64,000 nt of DNA from Dimorphilus gyrociliatus (taxonomy: Eukaryota; Animalia; Annelida): positions 310,001-374,000 of the forward strand of contig CAJFCJ010000003.1 of the NCBI GenBank assembly GCA_904063045.1, written 5' to 3'. The notes under the pieces were generated by a model. It had not been told where the DNA came from, searched no databases, and saw only the letters and a program-made list of their open reading frames with translations. Every line of letters begins with the position of its first letter. Positions within the stretch are counted from its first letter, which is position 1. Below, in pieces: positions 1 through 13,197 of this stretch. Position numbers and translations under genes: made by a program.

Positions 1-4
1 TTAC

Positions 5-3000
5 CAAAGAAGAAACAGAGTCTTTTGCCAATTTTCTTTGAACTCTGGTCGCCTTCTCAGCCTGCCATAGATACAAGTTTCGTTCTTTAGTAGAATTTGA
101 TAGCATAGCCTTTTGAATATTCAATTTCAAATCGTAGGTAAACATTCTCATATTTGTCGTTAAGGAAGACAGCAATTCATCTTCGAAATTTTGCCAAGTG
201 GCTAAAAAGCTAAAAGTAGTAAATTTAACGACAAATGGAAGAGCAAAATTCCTATGAAATTGGCATCTGCACTCGTGTTCTCGCTTTTTATCTTTAACTA
301 TTTGATATAAATCTTGTAATATTGAATTTATTTGAATAAAAGCCTGGTACAAAATCTTTGACGTCCTCCATACCGCTTCAACTTTCTCTCTATCCTTACT
401 AACGGCATGAGGTTTAACCTTCTGACCCGTTTCTCTAGCTTTAATATAATTTTGCTTTAGATTATGTATCCTCTTCCCATGAAGGATCCTATCCGTATCA
501 AATTCGGAAGTGGTCGAATAAGATATACTAGCCTCGTACATTGTTCTACTACAAGGCATCGAACAAGAACAAGGATATCTCTTTTTCAGCTCTCCCATTA
601 CGCAATATTTCATATCGCTAAAGTTACATACAGGATAATTTTGCTTCGTATTCGTCTCCTTTCCGGCTGGCATGTAAACTTCTCTACATTTGCAAATATT
701 GCCAACATGTCTTAGTTTACATTCAATTTTACATCCGGGAATCGAATACAAATCATAGTAGTCTAACGTTTCTCTATCATCACACTTTCCATACGGATGC
801 TTTAGATTATTAACTTGAAGTATTTGCAAGCCAACCAGGGCTTTTGACGATGGCGGAATAGCTTGTCCGAGCTCCCTTACAAGAGGAACTTCTTGTTGAT
901 CGTGAACCAAAATTTTGAGACCCGCAGCGTTATTAGGTCCTTTCATATATTCGTATTGTTCAATATTTATCTTAACTGAAAGACCACGGCCAGCTCCTAA
1001 AAAGAAAAAATTATTCTTCTATTATCCTATTACCAATAAAATAATATTTCCTTATTAATTCAAATTAATAAATATATCTAATTAATTAACTAATTACATT
1101 AATAATCAAATTTATTAGAGTAAAGTCGAATATTAATTGAATATTTGAGCTAATCTTGCCTTATTGACAGGCTTGTCGATTTCGAGTACAATTTCGTCCA
1201 ATAAATAAGATAAGAGTCTAGTCTTTAATCCGCGTTATAAGAATACACTTAGTGGCATATGGATATTAATAATTGATATTTAATCAAATCATAAACCTTG
1301 ACAAATTAACAAGATGGATAAATAGGGAAGAAGAAGAAGAAGTATGATTGATAAATATTATTTCCATTTCTTCTTCTTTAATATAAATACGGTCACTTGT
1401 AGAGATGTCAACTATAGACAATTTAATTAGTTTTTAATAAACATTTCCTGCGAGACTGTAAGGGAGAAAAGCCATTAAGAAATAATTATTCATCTATTTC
1501 ATCATCCCCCCTCCCTCTCTTTTTTCTCTATATCTAGACGAGTTTTATGCGCATTTATGACATTTTGAAGTTGAAGAAAAGAGATCTCCAACAGTTATGA
1601 TACGAAATAGCAGAAAATAATGCGGAGAAGAGGAAGAAAACTGAAGATATACATGTATAGCTATACAAATTAAGAACTCTAAACATACTAATTTGTTGTT
1701 AAGTCCCCTAAGTTATTCGAACATATTCTTTTTATAATTTCTCTCTCTCTCTCTCTCTCTTCCTCTCTAACTGCTATCTCTCTGTCTCCTTGTCACATAT
1801 GTTCGTTATTGTTTTTCTTATCTAAACAAAAGTTAGCAATCTTAACTTTTCTTTCCCTAACTTTTAGAGAGATCTTTCATTGAAACAACTGCAAAAGTAA
1901 TCTTCTTAATGGTCATTTTTTATAGTCGAGCTATATACAATTTATACAACTTGGTTTTCTTGAAAATTTATCTTAAATATTTATCTCTGATTCTTTTATA
2001 ACTAAGTTTTAATGAATATTTATGAGATTTAATTTAAGCGATAGGTCTTTGAGTGTGTGTGTCTATTAATTTAGTAGGATGGTGTTAGATGTCATTTCCT
2101 TTAATATTTAAAAAGTAAAATAAAGTTTATGCTGAATATTTCGATTTTTCTATAGATATACAGTATATACCGTATATATTGTGTATACTGTACAGTATAT
2201 ACTGTGTTTAAAGAGCTCGGAATGTAACCAAGCGAAGATATTTTTTGGGATGAAAGTAAGTGTTTTTAGTGCTTTTCATCGGAACTATAAGGGAAAAGTT
2301 TAATAAGTTGAATAATATTATTGAAATATTGTATTTTTTTCAAGGAGTGAAAAGAGGAAAAGAAATAAGAAATAGATAATCATTTAAATATATTTGAAAT
2401 GATGAATAAATAGTTAAAAAAGAATCAATTGGTCAAATGGTCAAGCCTCATAGTTTTAATTATTATCTTAATAATTAATAGAATAATGTAAATATGCGCA
2501 TGGATTTACGTTATAGGATATTCTCTTATCGTTAAGATTTACAGATATATATGAACATTTTCGCCATAGTTTTATTTCTACATACATATATATGTCCTAT
2601 ATATGGAGGATAAAATAATTTTCTTCTTATCATCGGTAGAGTAATATATCCATAAATAACTACTCCAACTGGGAATACGACGAACCAAACTATAAAGAAT
2701 TACATGCTATCACGAACATTTTTAAGACTAATGCAAATTTTACAAGTCTATTACTTATTTAAGTTTCACTTGTTCCGCCTAAAGGATGGAGAATTTCCAT
2801 TTTTATTCTCTCTGCCCCCCGCAGCCCCGTCCTCCCCTCATCGCCCCCATCTCCCATTTCAGGTCACCCCTTCGCCTATCCCTCCCTCCCTCCTCTCTCC
2901 TAAACACTAGACTACATTCTTTATTATTTTGTTTCTTTTCACTTTCCTCTTTTATTATTTTAAATCAAAAGTTAAATTTAGGAAATGAATAAATAAAGAA

Positions 3001-6000
3001 AAAAAATGTTATGATTTATCTCTCTCATCTAAACGATAAATTTTAAGCCTAGTTGGAATGTTTCGAGAAGAAAATGGAGGAAAATTTGTTTTCTTTACCT
3101 TTTTAATAAATATAAAAGAAGAGGAGAAGGAAGGAGAAATATGATAAGATTTTTTAATAAAATAGTACTTTTAAGAAATTCGTTATCAATAAAAGATAAT
3201 CTTAGAAAAATGAATTTCTAATGTTTTCTTAGTGGAAAAAATAAGAATAAATCATACTGTTAGAAATAATAAAAAGCATCTGGGTGGCTTAAGGGAATAA
3301 TCATTATGGAAACAAACCTGTTGAATTAACTCTCCTTACTGGCCAGTTTTTCCCAGAATTAAATGTGAAACATACGCCGTGATCCGTATATACTTCATCG
3401 AAATCTTTCAGAGTACATTCCTTTCCATCCCAAATACAGTCTGTTATCATATCCTTCTTTCTATGCGCTGTTAAATTAAACAGATCAGCAAGTGTCAATT
3501 CAGCAGCGTTTATCTCCGAAAAATTCGCCAAATCAGCATCGGACATGTCCGATGTCCTATATAGAGAATCAATCAGATCGTATAAGCCATATTCTGCCGC
3601 TGCAGTCATTCTGAACACATTTTGATTGCATAATGTTACTGCTGGATAGACTAATGATTTGTTATAGTTGATGGCAATATTTACTGTAACCGGTCGAGAG
3701 AAATAATGGTTTATTGCTGTCCACATTTGATAGGAGAAAACCCCGATTCCACCTAAAAGGAGAAGAATCCAGACTAATCTGTAACAGAAGCAATAAATTA
3801 TTAACTTTTTTTTGGGTCTTAGTGCACTTTTTTTCAGTAGTTGAATAGTACAGATTTGTATGCAATTACAATTTAAAATATTACAGTTTTGCAGTATACT
3901 AAGAATTCTTGTGTTTTTAATCTTATTTCTTCCCATAATTCTTTCTGAAATACTTTTATGTAATACGTCTTCTCCTCTTTTAATGAAAAAAGAGTCAGTT
4001 GTTAATAATAGTTCTACCCCAATTGTTTATAGCGAAAAAAAAAGCCAGTTGAAGTAAGTTTGTATGGCCTTCACCTTCGCCTACTTTGATTTGATATATA
4101 TGCCAAACACCGCGAAAGAGAAAAAAAATAACAACTAATGATAGGCGCTAGGAGGCGAGTGACAGACGAATAAAGTGAAAATCAATTAGGCTTTATAGGC
4201 CCAAATAACATCGTGGGATTTGTATTCTATCACCAATTCCAATAGATGATTCTATTACATAATTCATAAAAACTATATACATTTACTATTGAAGAATCTT
4301 CATAGTATAAATTCAATCTTTTCTACAATTATCATTTATTAGATAGAGAGATAGTAATAAAGTACACATTTAAAGGAGAAAAATTAATGAGAAAGATAGA
4401 CAGGGGGTGAAAGGAAAAAAGGAAAAATCTTTGAAAGAAAAAAGGGAGAAAGATGCTCGAATATTGAAGTCTCATAAATGTTTCTTCAGGCAATCTCAAT
4501 GGGAAAAAGAAGAATCTCAACTTGTTTGGTTGAATATATATAAATTGTATTAAGTTACGTAAGTCTTCGTCTCACCCAATTCGCATATATTTCGCACGTC
4601 TTTATTTAAACAATTAATCAACTTTCACGTATTTAATTCTATTTACAAATCCTAACAACTTGAATAATTTGTGCTAGTCTGGAATAACTAGACGTTACCT
4701 CTCCACCTATACCGTCTAATATACTTTGTTAACCATCACTTAAAATATATGTGTTATATAGTAACAGTATATATAGATATGTAATTTTGGCAGAAAGGCT
4801 CAATTTACTCTCCCAAGTGCAATATATTACTGAAAGTTATAAGGATAAAAAGGCAGACAGAAGCAGACGGACGCAGTGTATATATTATTATTATTATCCT
4901 ATAGCTTCATTCGTCAAACATTCTCATGCACAACAAACAAAAAATGAGCAAAAATTCCACTCTTTTTATATATAATATATAGTATATGCAGTATATTTCT
5001 ACGTTATCCGTAAATAAGTCAATGATAATATGCAAATAAGTATTAAGATTTGCGCGTATTAAATACTTTATTCTATTAGGCACGCAAGGAAGTCAGAAGG
5101 CTTTTTTATGTTAGTGTGCATTTTTTTTATCACAAAAAAGAGTCACAATAATGAATAAAGCAGGATATACAGTGAGTGAGAGGAAGAGAGAGAGAGAGAG
5201 AGAGAGAGAGATGAGGAATTAGAAACATTGGCAACAGTAACAAAAAAAATGTTAGACAAGTGTAAAGTTACTGTTTTACGATGTTAAACGTTTAATTATT
5301 GTAATAACAATTTAATAGAATTCCGTCTTTAGCAAATACTTTTAGTTTTTGATGTATAGAAAACTTATATAACTTTATTACTCATCATATTATATAACTT
5401 CTTTACTTTTAAGTTAAATTCTATGTAAAAAGTGACAATTTCTTCTAGAATTGTCTAGGATATTCAATTATGCAAATAGGTCTCATACGCACAATGTCCG
5501 ACACTCGAGAACATTTTGTGTATTTCATGAATTACGTAAATTTGCTACTAAGCTTAGCTGATGTTGTAAAAATTAAAATCGTCTACCCCTCATACTAAAG
5601 TAGAAGCTAATTAAATACCCTAAGAAAACCTACAGATTACCCTGCGAATAATCTATCATCACGTGACAAAATAATCTATCTACCTAGTTGAAAAGTAACC
5701 GGCGAAACAACTGCTTTAATTACGCATGAAAAGAAAACAAATCAGATAAAAATTAACAATTTATTGAGAATTCTCTCTTTAGCATTTGAATAAAAATCAT
5801 GAAAAAAAGCGAATATTTAGTTGTTATTATAACAATTTTCGGTGTTAATAGACCTTGAATAAAACCTCCGTTACATAAACTTTAATCTTTGAACAGATTT
5901 GAATTAATTTCCCATTCAAAGAAAACAATAGACAAGCGTTTCAAGCTGATACTTAACAATAATCAGGTAGAAATGGTAAAACAAAATAGATAATAGAGGA

Positions 6001-6237
6001 GAAATAATAAAAGAATAGTAACAATTCGTACTCAAAAAGCCATTGATTATCTATTTGAAATGACAAACACATATCTTTCTTCGTGTATCCTTTAATTCTA
6101 CTTTTAATATAAATAGATAAATATACCTTGTTTTTTTTTTATAGAAGCTATATTGAAGGTACAAATCAAAAATCAAAAGAAAAAACTAGTTCATTTAGAT
6201 ATTAATACTTTCTCTTAACATTTTCCTTTATCTCTCT

Positions 6238-6274
<37 letters not shown>

Positions 6275-6663
6275 TCTTTTTATTAAGTTTTGCAAAAAAC
6301 GTAGAATTCTGTATGTGTTTACCGAGAAAAAAATGCTCCACACGTCAACAAAGAAAGAATGAATGAGAAAAAGAGACGCTAAAAACTCAGCTATCTATAT
6401 CAGAATTTAAATATTTACCTCCTTAAGACAAAAGGCGTATGTTCAGTAATTTTATTAATTCCGTGTAAAGTAGTTTTTTGCGTAAACTCATACCATACTT
6501 CTTTCCAACCTTTAGGTTTTTCATGTTCAGAGAGCCTTACTGATATTCGAGTCTTCTTTTTTCTCCTATTTCTAATAGCTTCGCCCTGCCTACAGCGTTT
6601 GTCTAGGCTTGGAACGAAATAATCATTCTCCGACGGCCGATCTTCCATTCTCTTGCAGTTCAT
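5..6663 (-). CDS. DEG/ENaC family (ASIC-like) sodium channel, 3'-partial; coding exons 6419-6663, 3318-3778, 5-996
   Basis: N-terminal HG motif (FTQKTTLHGINKI), TM1 (RLVWILLLLGGIGVF), YPAVTLCNQN, TDHGVCFTFNSG, GLKILVHDQQEVP, and a Cys-rich thumb (YSIPGCKIECKLRHVGNICKCREVYMP...CSCSMPCSRTMY). The GT-AG junctions at 6418/3779 (phase 2) and 3317/997 (phase 1) keep the frame. Exon 5-996 has no stop and ends at TTG|GTAA at the window edge. An acceptor (tttgcag|G ATG) lies directly before the ATG, implying an upstream non-coding exon. Confidence 0.93.
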
Positions 6664-8494
6664 CCTGCAAAAATCTTTCTAATTCTCTATAATATATATA
6701 TATATTTATATATATATATGTATATCCTATTTATATTTCCGCTCATTGTTTGCCGGTGGTCCCCATTGTTTGTATCCTTATCGCAGAAATAAGGCTTTGA
6801 ATATTTAGTTTGCTGTCCGTCAGTTTGTCAAATACGTTCGCGTGTACGAGCCCTGTTTACATCGGCGCCACCTGGGAAACGCACAGCAAATATTCTGGCT
6901 ATTTTCTTCACTGTTCTCCCCCTACGTTACTTGTTGAGATTAATTTTTATATTACTTGTTACTGTATAATATTTTAACAAAATAATAAAGCACTTTCCAG
7001 ATGAATAGGATCAAGTTACGACTATCATAAATATAAAATTTCTATAACATATATATTCATTAATTCTTGATTGGAAAACCTGAAAGAAACTTGGGTCTTA
7101 ATGCAATCCATCGGGGGGAATTGTATAGTTTATTTGTCTTAGCTTTTAATATCAACTTTCTTGACTTTTTATGGGCAATTTCTGGAAGGCAAATAGTAAT
7201 ATATATCTATATATTCATGGTTTATCATGTCGAAAATATCATATTTTTATGCTCTCGTAAGCAACCCAGTAAATAAGCGAATGATTGGTAAAGGATTTTA
7301 ATTTCTTATCTCTGCAGACAAAATGGAAATACAAATACTTTGAAGTAAGAAAAGTTGGTAGTGCAAGTATTTCATTTCTTTCTCTCCTTGTACACAAAAA
7401 ACATCTTGTTGTAATTAATGTTTGTTGAAAATTATATATGAAAAACGAATCCGAAAGAGCAATTAAGTTGCTGGAAGAAAAGAGAGAAAAGTTCTGTCTT
7501 TTGCAAGTTTTCCTTCCCCTTTAATTTATTATACGTAATTAGGGACTTCTATTGTAATTAATCCAAACATTTTACCTTTGTTTAAGGTATTAACCTTTTC
7601 CCTTTCTTTTACGTCCAGCGATAAAATTATCCCTAATTTATATAGTTTACTTGTATACAAAACAAATACTATAAACGACCAGAGCGAGCGTTTTCTTTCC
7701 ATTAGAGACGCTTTTTATAAATTTCTTAAAAAAGCTGACTTTTTTCCACTGAAATTCTTAAATAAATCGACAAATAGAAAGAGAGAACTCATTTAAAAAT
7801 AACAAAAATTAAAAAACCTGCTTAAACAATCAATTAGAAAACGTGAACAAGTAAAAACTCTCTATTTCGTTTCAATAAACGTATACGTATACTTTGTTGC
7901 AAACTTTTGCTTATCGATCAATCTTTAAGCGCTTTATAATTCATTTTTTTTATATAAACTACTTTATATAGTTTATAATTTTTCAATATATATATAAATA
8001 TACGGAATATAGGCCATATATGAACGTTATTGATACATTTTAAACTTTTTGATCATTTGTTTACACTCACTAATAATTAACGAACACTGCTAAACAATAA
8101 AACTGAGTACTTTTAAGACAGGTTTGTTTACTATCTAAAATTTTGCTTGGCCATCGTTTAGAACGCTGGCCGATAAACAATGTTTAGAGAGTTTTTCTTA
8201 AAATTAAAGATATTGTATAGCTTTAATCCTTCTTTATTTCTTTATTTTTCAAGTAGACTACTTACATAACGAATATATGGGTGATTAAGCATTTTACAAT
8301 CGATTCGTTGATAGTTCAAGAGGCCCTTTTACAACTTTAGTCTCCCTTTGATCTCATCGCCGAGTTCCGGGGTTAAAGTCTGTTACGTAATCAGTCTCGA
8401 TGGCGATTGGTTAATTACCCAACCAACATATAGTCCCGCCTACATTAGGGTCTTGGATCATTCAGATTCAATCTGTAGAGATTTGAACATCGAC

Positions 8495-11397
8495 ATGATA
8501 ACCCCACCTTCAAGTCCGATTTTGACTCCAGTTTCAACTGATCGTAAAAGAAGAAGAAAGCGTTTAATCCTGGAATGCAAAGCTTTTTTAGCCAAGCTCG
8601 ACGAATTATTCTTTCAAGAAGGTAAAGAATACATATATGTATACATTATTTATACAATATATATAATATATTACTTCTATACATCCATAACTGTTATTCA
8701 TTAAGCAAGTTATACAATAATTTATTAGGCTTAGTTACTTAATAACAGCAGAATTAAGTTATGAAAATGTCTACTTGGCAATTGGCAGAAGTGTTTAAAG
8801 CGTTTCCAATTTAATTATTTAAAGTGCTAATTGCCTTAGTAAGAATTGCCCTTTGATAGAAATAAAATTTTAGGCGCTAAAGAAAAAGGTGATAACCTTC
8901 AAATCATCTTTTACCCATTCATTTTTCAATTTAAACTTTTAATAGTAAACATTTGACAGTTTACGGCTGCCTTTACAAATTTACTACCAATTAACTTAAT
9001 TATTAACACCTGTGGATTGTAGACAAATGTTGAGTTATATAATAATTGAATTCTATAAATAAGGTTCACTATTATCTATGTTTCAATAATACTCTATTTC
9101 AATAATTATACGGATGGAGGTTAATTAATTATTTATTATATATAATTATTTATGGATATAAGGCGTTAATGTTGAAAAACAATAACAAACGGCGACAAAC
9201 CATTTGTGAAGCATATTTTAATTGGTGATGTAATAGATTATGTAAAAAATGTGATGATACGCGATCATCATAGCTGATTGTATGCGAGAGTTTTATACTT
9301 TTAATTAAAATCTAACTGTAGATATGGCTGGAGAGATTGATATCTTCTATTGCGTTATATTACGTAACTCTTTACTTATAGTATTCCTATCTACAGCAAG
9401 AAATACCGTGAATAAGAGCGAAAAGACTGAGAATGGCAAGAGCAGGTAATTTTTCCATACTACTATTATTTAGTAATCAAAAATTGTGTGAATCACGCTA
9501 TACGTGACTCAAGCGTACGGTGATATTCCTATGTGTATATAAAGCGTTTTCGCGTCTCACTCTTCCCTTCATCTGCCTGCTAACACCTAGTGGGTGGTCA
9601 CGTGACAAAACGTCAAACTAGACGAGATAATAGCCGATAAACAATAACCTTTTAGGCCAAATATGGGCAACAGATGCCCCAGTCTCAATTCTATTGATTG
9701 AAGTATATAAAAGGCCAAAAATGGCCGACGGATGTATGTTGTGATATAGAAAGAGAGGAGGCAGTGAATTTTCAATATCAAAATATGGGCGGAGATTTGA
9801 TATGGAAGAAGACACTGCGTGAGACAATTATGACAATATTTTGTTTAAAATGGTGCTGTTGCGGTAAAGTAGACGAGGAAAAAGAGATTTTATGGTGAGA
9901 GTGAATCAATGACAGTAGGGAATTGTAGGGGGAAAACGTTTACAGATCGATTTGTGATTAGAATAAATTAAATTCAACTCTTGTTTTTCATTTAACAGGA
10001 CGCCTCAAGCCAAAAAGAATAGAAAGGAAGAAGGACGAGTAAATCAAGGCTTTAGGGCAGAGGCGGAAGGAAAAAGTCAAGAGTACCGAGCCCCGCCAAT
10101 TAGTACTGTTAAGTGCGCCGAATTGAATAATGATAATTTATCGGTTAGCAGTCTCCGCTTAGAAGAAACATTTCAAGAGGAGCCACTTTCTCAAAGACGA
10201 TCTCCTGACGGTTGTGAGGGCCGCGTTTCTGTTGAAGAAATTGCCGTCTCAAGAGAGAGCGATTCACCACCCTTAAAGAGCTTCAGCGACAACGCTATTA
10301 CTGCCATTCCTGCAACAATACCATTCTCTCCGGATACTTCACTCTCATATACTCTTCCTGAAATTTTATCCGAATCAAGTGAGAATGATTCAAGATTTAT
10401 ATCCAGTAGCGCCTCGCCAATTGAATACTCAAATCATTCGTCTTGTGTTTTGCCTGTCCCATGCGGCGAAGATTTATCGGACAGCCAAACAGATATTCCA
10501 TTGCCTTTAATCGCCGATTATGTTCATTTCGACGTCGATATACATGAAGAAATAGAAGTTGCTCAATCCGAATCACAATTGAACGTTTCTCCTACAGAAA
10601 GCACCGACAATCATACGGAAGTGCGTGATTACAATGTGTTTGATGTTCAAGTTGCCCTGAATGATTCTATTAATCGGGCTTTAGAAATTCGTAAAATGAA
10701 ATTAGATGAAAATGTAGATGAAGTTACCGTCGACGACGACAACAACGACGACGATGGCGACAATAATAAAAATTTCTGGGAAAAACCTGCAGATGGCATT
10801 GCCCTTCCACATTTTCTCGATCACAACGTTGAATTTATTGAAGAGAACTGGGAAGATAGTTTTTGGGAAGATGTTGACAGCACTAAGCCTTCTTTACCGG
10901 TAGTACCTCAACAAGAAGACGAAATTTCTCAAGTTATTTGCGAAGCTGTCGATCTTTTATGGTCGTTTAGAAGATGCGGTATGAGTTGGGACGAAGCCAA
11001 ACCTACCGATAAATATTTACAAAATGACTCTTTTAAGTTATTCATTTATGATTTGTGCCGTGAAGTTTTAACGGATTTATTCTTCGAAGAGGACAACACT
11101 ATACCAAGTTACCAGAAGCGGCCGTGCCCTCTAACAAAACGTGATCCGCCCAACCAACTTACTCTCGTTCGCCCAATAGTTGTCGACAAAGTGCTTAACT
11201 TATTAAATACCCAAAAAAGAATTGAAAACTGCGCAAGTAAAAGTGGAAGGTTAGATAACGTCGACACGCTTCTCAGCATGGAACTTGTTGAAGAAGAAGC
11301 TGATTGGACAAATTACGATAACGATGAATGCGAAGTTAAAATGCAAGTTGCCGACCAGCTGTTTGAACTTCTTCTCAAAGATTCTATCCGATTATAG
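8495..11397 (+). CDS. CEP350 (CAP350) C-terminal-domain protein, DUF4378/TRM-like, about 524 aa; exons 8495-8621, 9397-9445, 9999-11397
   Basis: The C-terminus DNVDTLLSMELVEEEADWTNYDNDECEVKMQVADQLFELLLKDSIRL and the segment FKLFIYDLCREVLTDLF resemble the CEP350 C-terminal region, by recollection of the family. The middle is acidic and low-complexity. Splice phases 1 then 2 are consistent across the 49-nt exon (ctacag|...AG|gtaatt). The start codon is uncertain because the ORF is open from about 8315. Confidence 0.7.
9597..9606. promoter_or_regulatory. GTCACGTGAC palindromic E-box (CLEAR/USF/BMAL-type)
   Basis: Perfect 10-bp palindrome upstream of the candidate alternative first exon at 9785. 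Confidence 0.45.
9785..9894 (+). CDS. Candidate alternative first coding exon of the CEP350-like gene (MGGDLIWKKTLRETIMTIFCLKWCCCGKVDEEKEILW)
   Basis: ATG at 9785. The donor TG|gtgaga at 9894/9895 is phase 2 and matches the acceptor at 9998/9999 (104-bp intron). A GTCACGTGAC palindrome lies about 190 bp upstream. Confidence 0.5.
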
Positions 11398-11595
11398 GTG
11401 ATTTTTCATGCCAAACTGCAATTATCCCCCTTTTTAGTTGTTTAATTTGTTCTGTTTTCGTTAAGGATTAATTAAGTGCTCATTCTCTTTTTTTTCTTCG
11501 ACTGTTTTCCGTCTAAATAAAACAACAAATTAATCTTTGACACTTTTCCCTTTTACCTTACTCTTAATTATTATTATTATTATATTTTTTCGTCT

Positions 11596-11626
<31 letters not shown>

Positions 11627-13197
11627 CCATCTCTTGAATTTTAATTTAGTCCAAACCCAATTTAATGAACCGAAAGAATTTGTTAAATTTTTTTTTTTAC
11701 TGAATTAAATATTTTTTTTTAAAAGAAAAAAAGAGTAGTGTTGTTATTTGCACATAAAGATATAAATAGATATCTTCTTTGCTAATTAAAATAATATTAG
11801 CCGACGCGTCTAAGCTTCTCTCTACGACTAACAATAGTTGCAGACTATTTGACTATTGTATTGCTATAGGACTTTGATAGTCTTAAAGATGACGTAATAA
11901 CTTTGAAAGAAATTTTTTTTGTTTTCTTTTATTTCTTTATTAAAAAGAGTAGGAGAAGTCTATTTAATTTACACCTAAACGCTTTTATCAATGATTATAA
12001 TGCTTATATAATTTCTTTATAAAATTGTCCTTTGGGTAGGTCAGTCTGTTCTGACTTCATCAATTTGTTTCATGAGGTTGTTGCTTTTGAAACTATCTTC
12101 TCTCCCGTATTGATTGCCTTAAAAACTTGATTTAGACTTAATTGTCTTTATTGGCATTCGATCAATTACACAAATATATTTAAACAAATTATAATTAAGT
12201 AATCCCATAGATTTTCTTTTTACATTATTCGATGAACATCATACTTTAATATTTAATCAACAACACGTCCACAAAGCACTCAATTATGTTTAAAAGAAAA
12301 CCTTTTAGCCATTTAAGCAAAGGAAGGAAATTTTTTTATCCACCATTTTCTGTTTTCTTTTCAATTTCTCTCGCAAATTAATTAATGATAAAGTAAAAGT
12401 AGAAACAAAGTTTGAATTGAAAATAACAAGATGATAACATTTACTTTTTCTAGATGATAAATACAGTTGGAAAAAAAACTAATAAGAGTAAATCAGTTTG
12501 TTAGCGAAAAGGTTTCGCTTGTATTTCCTTTTCTTTTGCCTTAAAACATACATTTTTATTGAAATTAAACCCATTTTTTCCAAGAAAAAGTAAAGAAGTG
12601 GAAAAAAGAAGAAATCTATTGAATATTTATAGAACAAGAGTTTTCTTTTCGTCTAATAATGTCAAGAGAAAGAATGGGAAAATTTTATATATGGAAAAAT
12701 AATTCGAGTGCTCAGCAAAATCGATTAATTGCCTTTTTTTTCACCATATTACTTTAATTGACTATTTGGCTATTCGCCTTCTACTTTCTAAGACTTTTTT
12801 TTAACATACTTGTCAATAACTATGTCAAATAAATCTATGATTGTAATATATTTTCCATACGCTTTACTTTTATCTTTATTATTGAATTTTCAATGTTGAA
12901 GTTAATTTGCTTTCAATCTGTAAGATATGCAGTTATTTCTTCTATTTGATAGAGAGGGAGCTGTTTACTTTATAGACGTAAATCTACTCTTTATTATTAC
13001 GTTCGATTGAACAATAAAACAATAAAGCAAGTCGTTCTTGTCGAAATTTTAAGAAACGCGTGAAAGATATACTCTACTTTCGCTGCATATTTTCCATCGT
13101 AATGCAATTTGAGACTCGCTAGGTGGTGCTTACGTCAATCTTTATAACGAAGGATGCAGTTTTCAGAGTTTGGTTATAAGTTGTACATTAAATCAAC

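Noticed and set aside
464-715. 83-aa plus-strand ORF
   Set aside because: It is the antisense shadow of the ENaC exon and has no recognisable protein features.
2704-2992. Two overlapping Pro/Leu-rich plus-strand ORFs
   Set aside because: They are low-complexity C/T-rich intronic sequence, open only because such tracts lack stop codons.
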